A stretch of 64,000 nucleotides of DNA, taken from assembly GCA_964016885.1 (NCBI GenBank), contig OZ024754.1:13082001-13146000 (forward strand). The letters are read 5' to 3'. The stretch's first letter is position 1; the number at the start of each line of letters is the position of its first letter. The position numbers and the translations under genes are program-made. The stretch is from Eledone cirrhosa. Taxonomy: Eukaryota. The notes under the pieces are model-generated. The model was not told the origin of the DNA. It did not search any database and worked only from the letters and a program-made list of their open reading frames with translations. Shown here in pieces: positions 63,745 through 64,000 of the stretch.

Positions 63745-63780
63745 TCTTCTGATGAAGGACAAGCGTCCGAAACGTTAAGA
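63745..63780 (+). ncRNA. minimal type I hammerhead motif (TCAAGCGTTAACC family)
   Basis: TCTT-CTGATGA-A-GGAC-AAGC-GTCC-GAAACGTT-AAGA. Stem I TCTT/AAGA, stem II GGAC/GTCC, palindromic vestigial stem III. Confidence 0.75.
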
Positions 63781-64000
63781 TCCTCTTCCTGCTATATCAA
63801 GCGTTAACCTAATATATACCTTCAATATACTGTACCGATTGTATTGTTATTTGTTTACTTGCGATAGAACGAGAAGGATTGCTACCCGTTGACGAAATTC
63901 TGTGTTGATCCTGGCTGCATCCATTCCTTTCAGACAACTCTGGATTTAATTCATGGCTTCTGTGCACTTCGGTGCAATTATTGCACCACAGTGCACAGGA

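Overview
Eukaryotic, very repeat-rich genomic DNA with no host gene that I can support. The SINE families and the density of (TA)n/(TG)n/(TATG)n/trinucleotide tracts suggest an octopus or other cephalopod genome (inference). Contents: (1) three non-LTR retrotransposons in one (ATT)n tract at 22.3-34.4 kb: an R4/Dong-like fragment, a decayed Tx1/L1-clade copy and an apparently intact Tx1/L1-clade element with ORF1 and a 1139-aa EN-RT-CCHC ORF2; (2) a decayed CR1-like LINE, a CRE-like fragment, a non-autonomous Helitron with a nested MITE, two tRNA-derived SINE families and RTE-like 5' UTR remnants; (3) a 5'-truncated Penelope-like element (GIY-YIG remnant, inverted pLTR) and many short (TA)n-flanked elements, often snap-back palindromes, carrying type I hammerhead ribozyme motifs from at least six families; (4) most notably, five diverged copies of a hammerhead-like RNA whose three strands are in a non-circularly permuted order, with clear base-pair covariation between copies. 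One pair of these delimits a 541-nt retrozyme-like unit. Most ORFs in the supplied track are microsatellite artefacts. A 200-N assembly gap lies at 46330-46529. All RNA structures were paired by eye and none has been tested.
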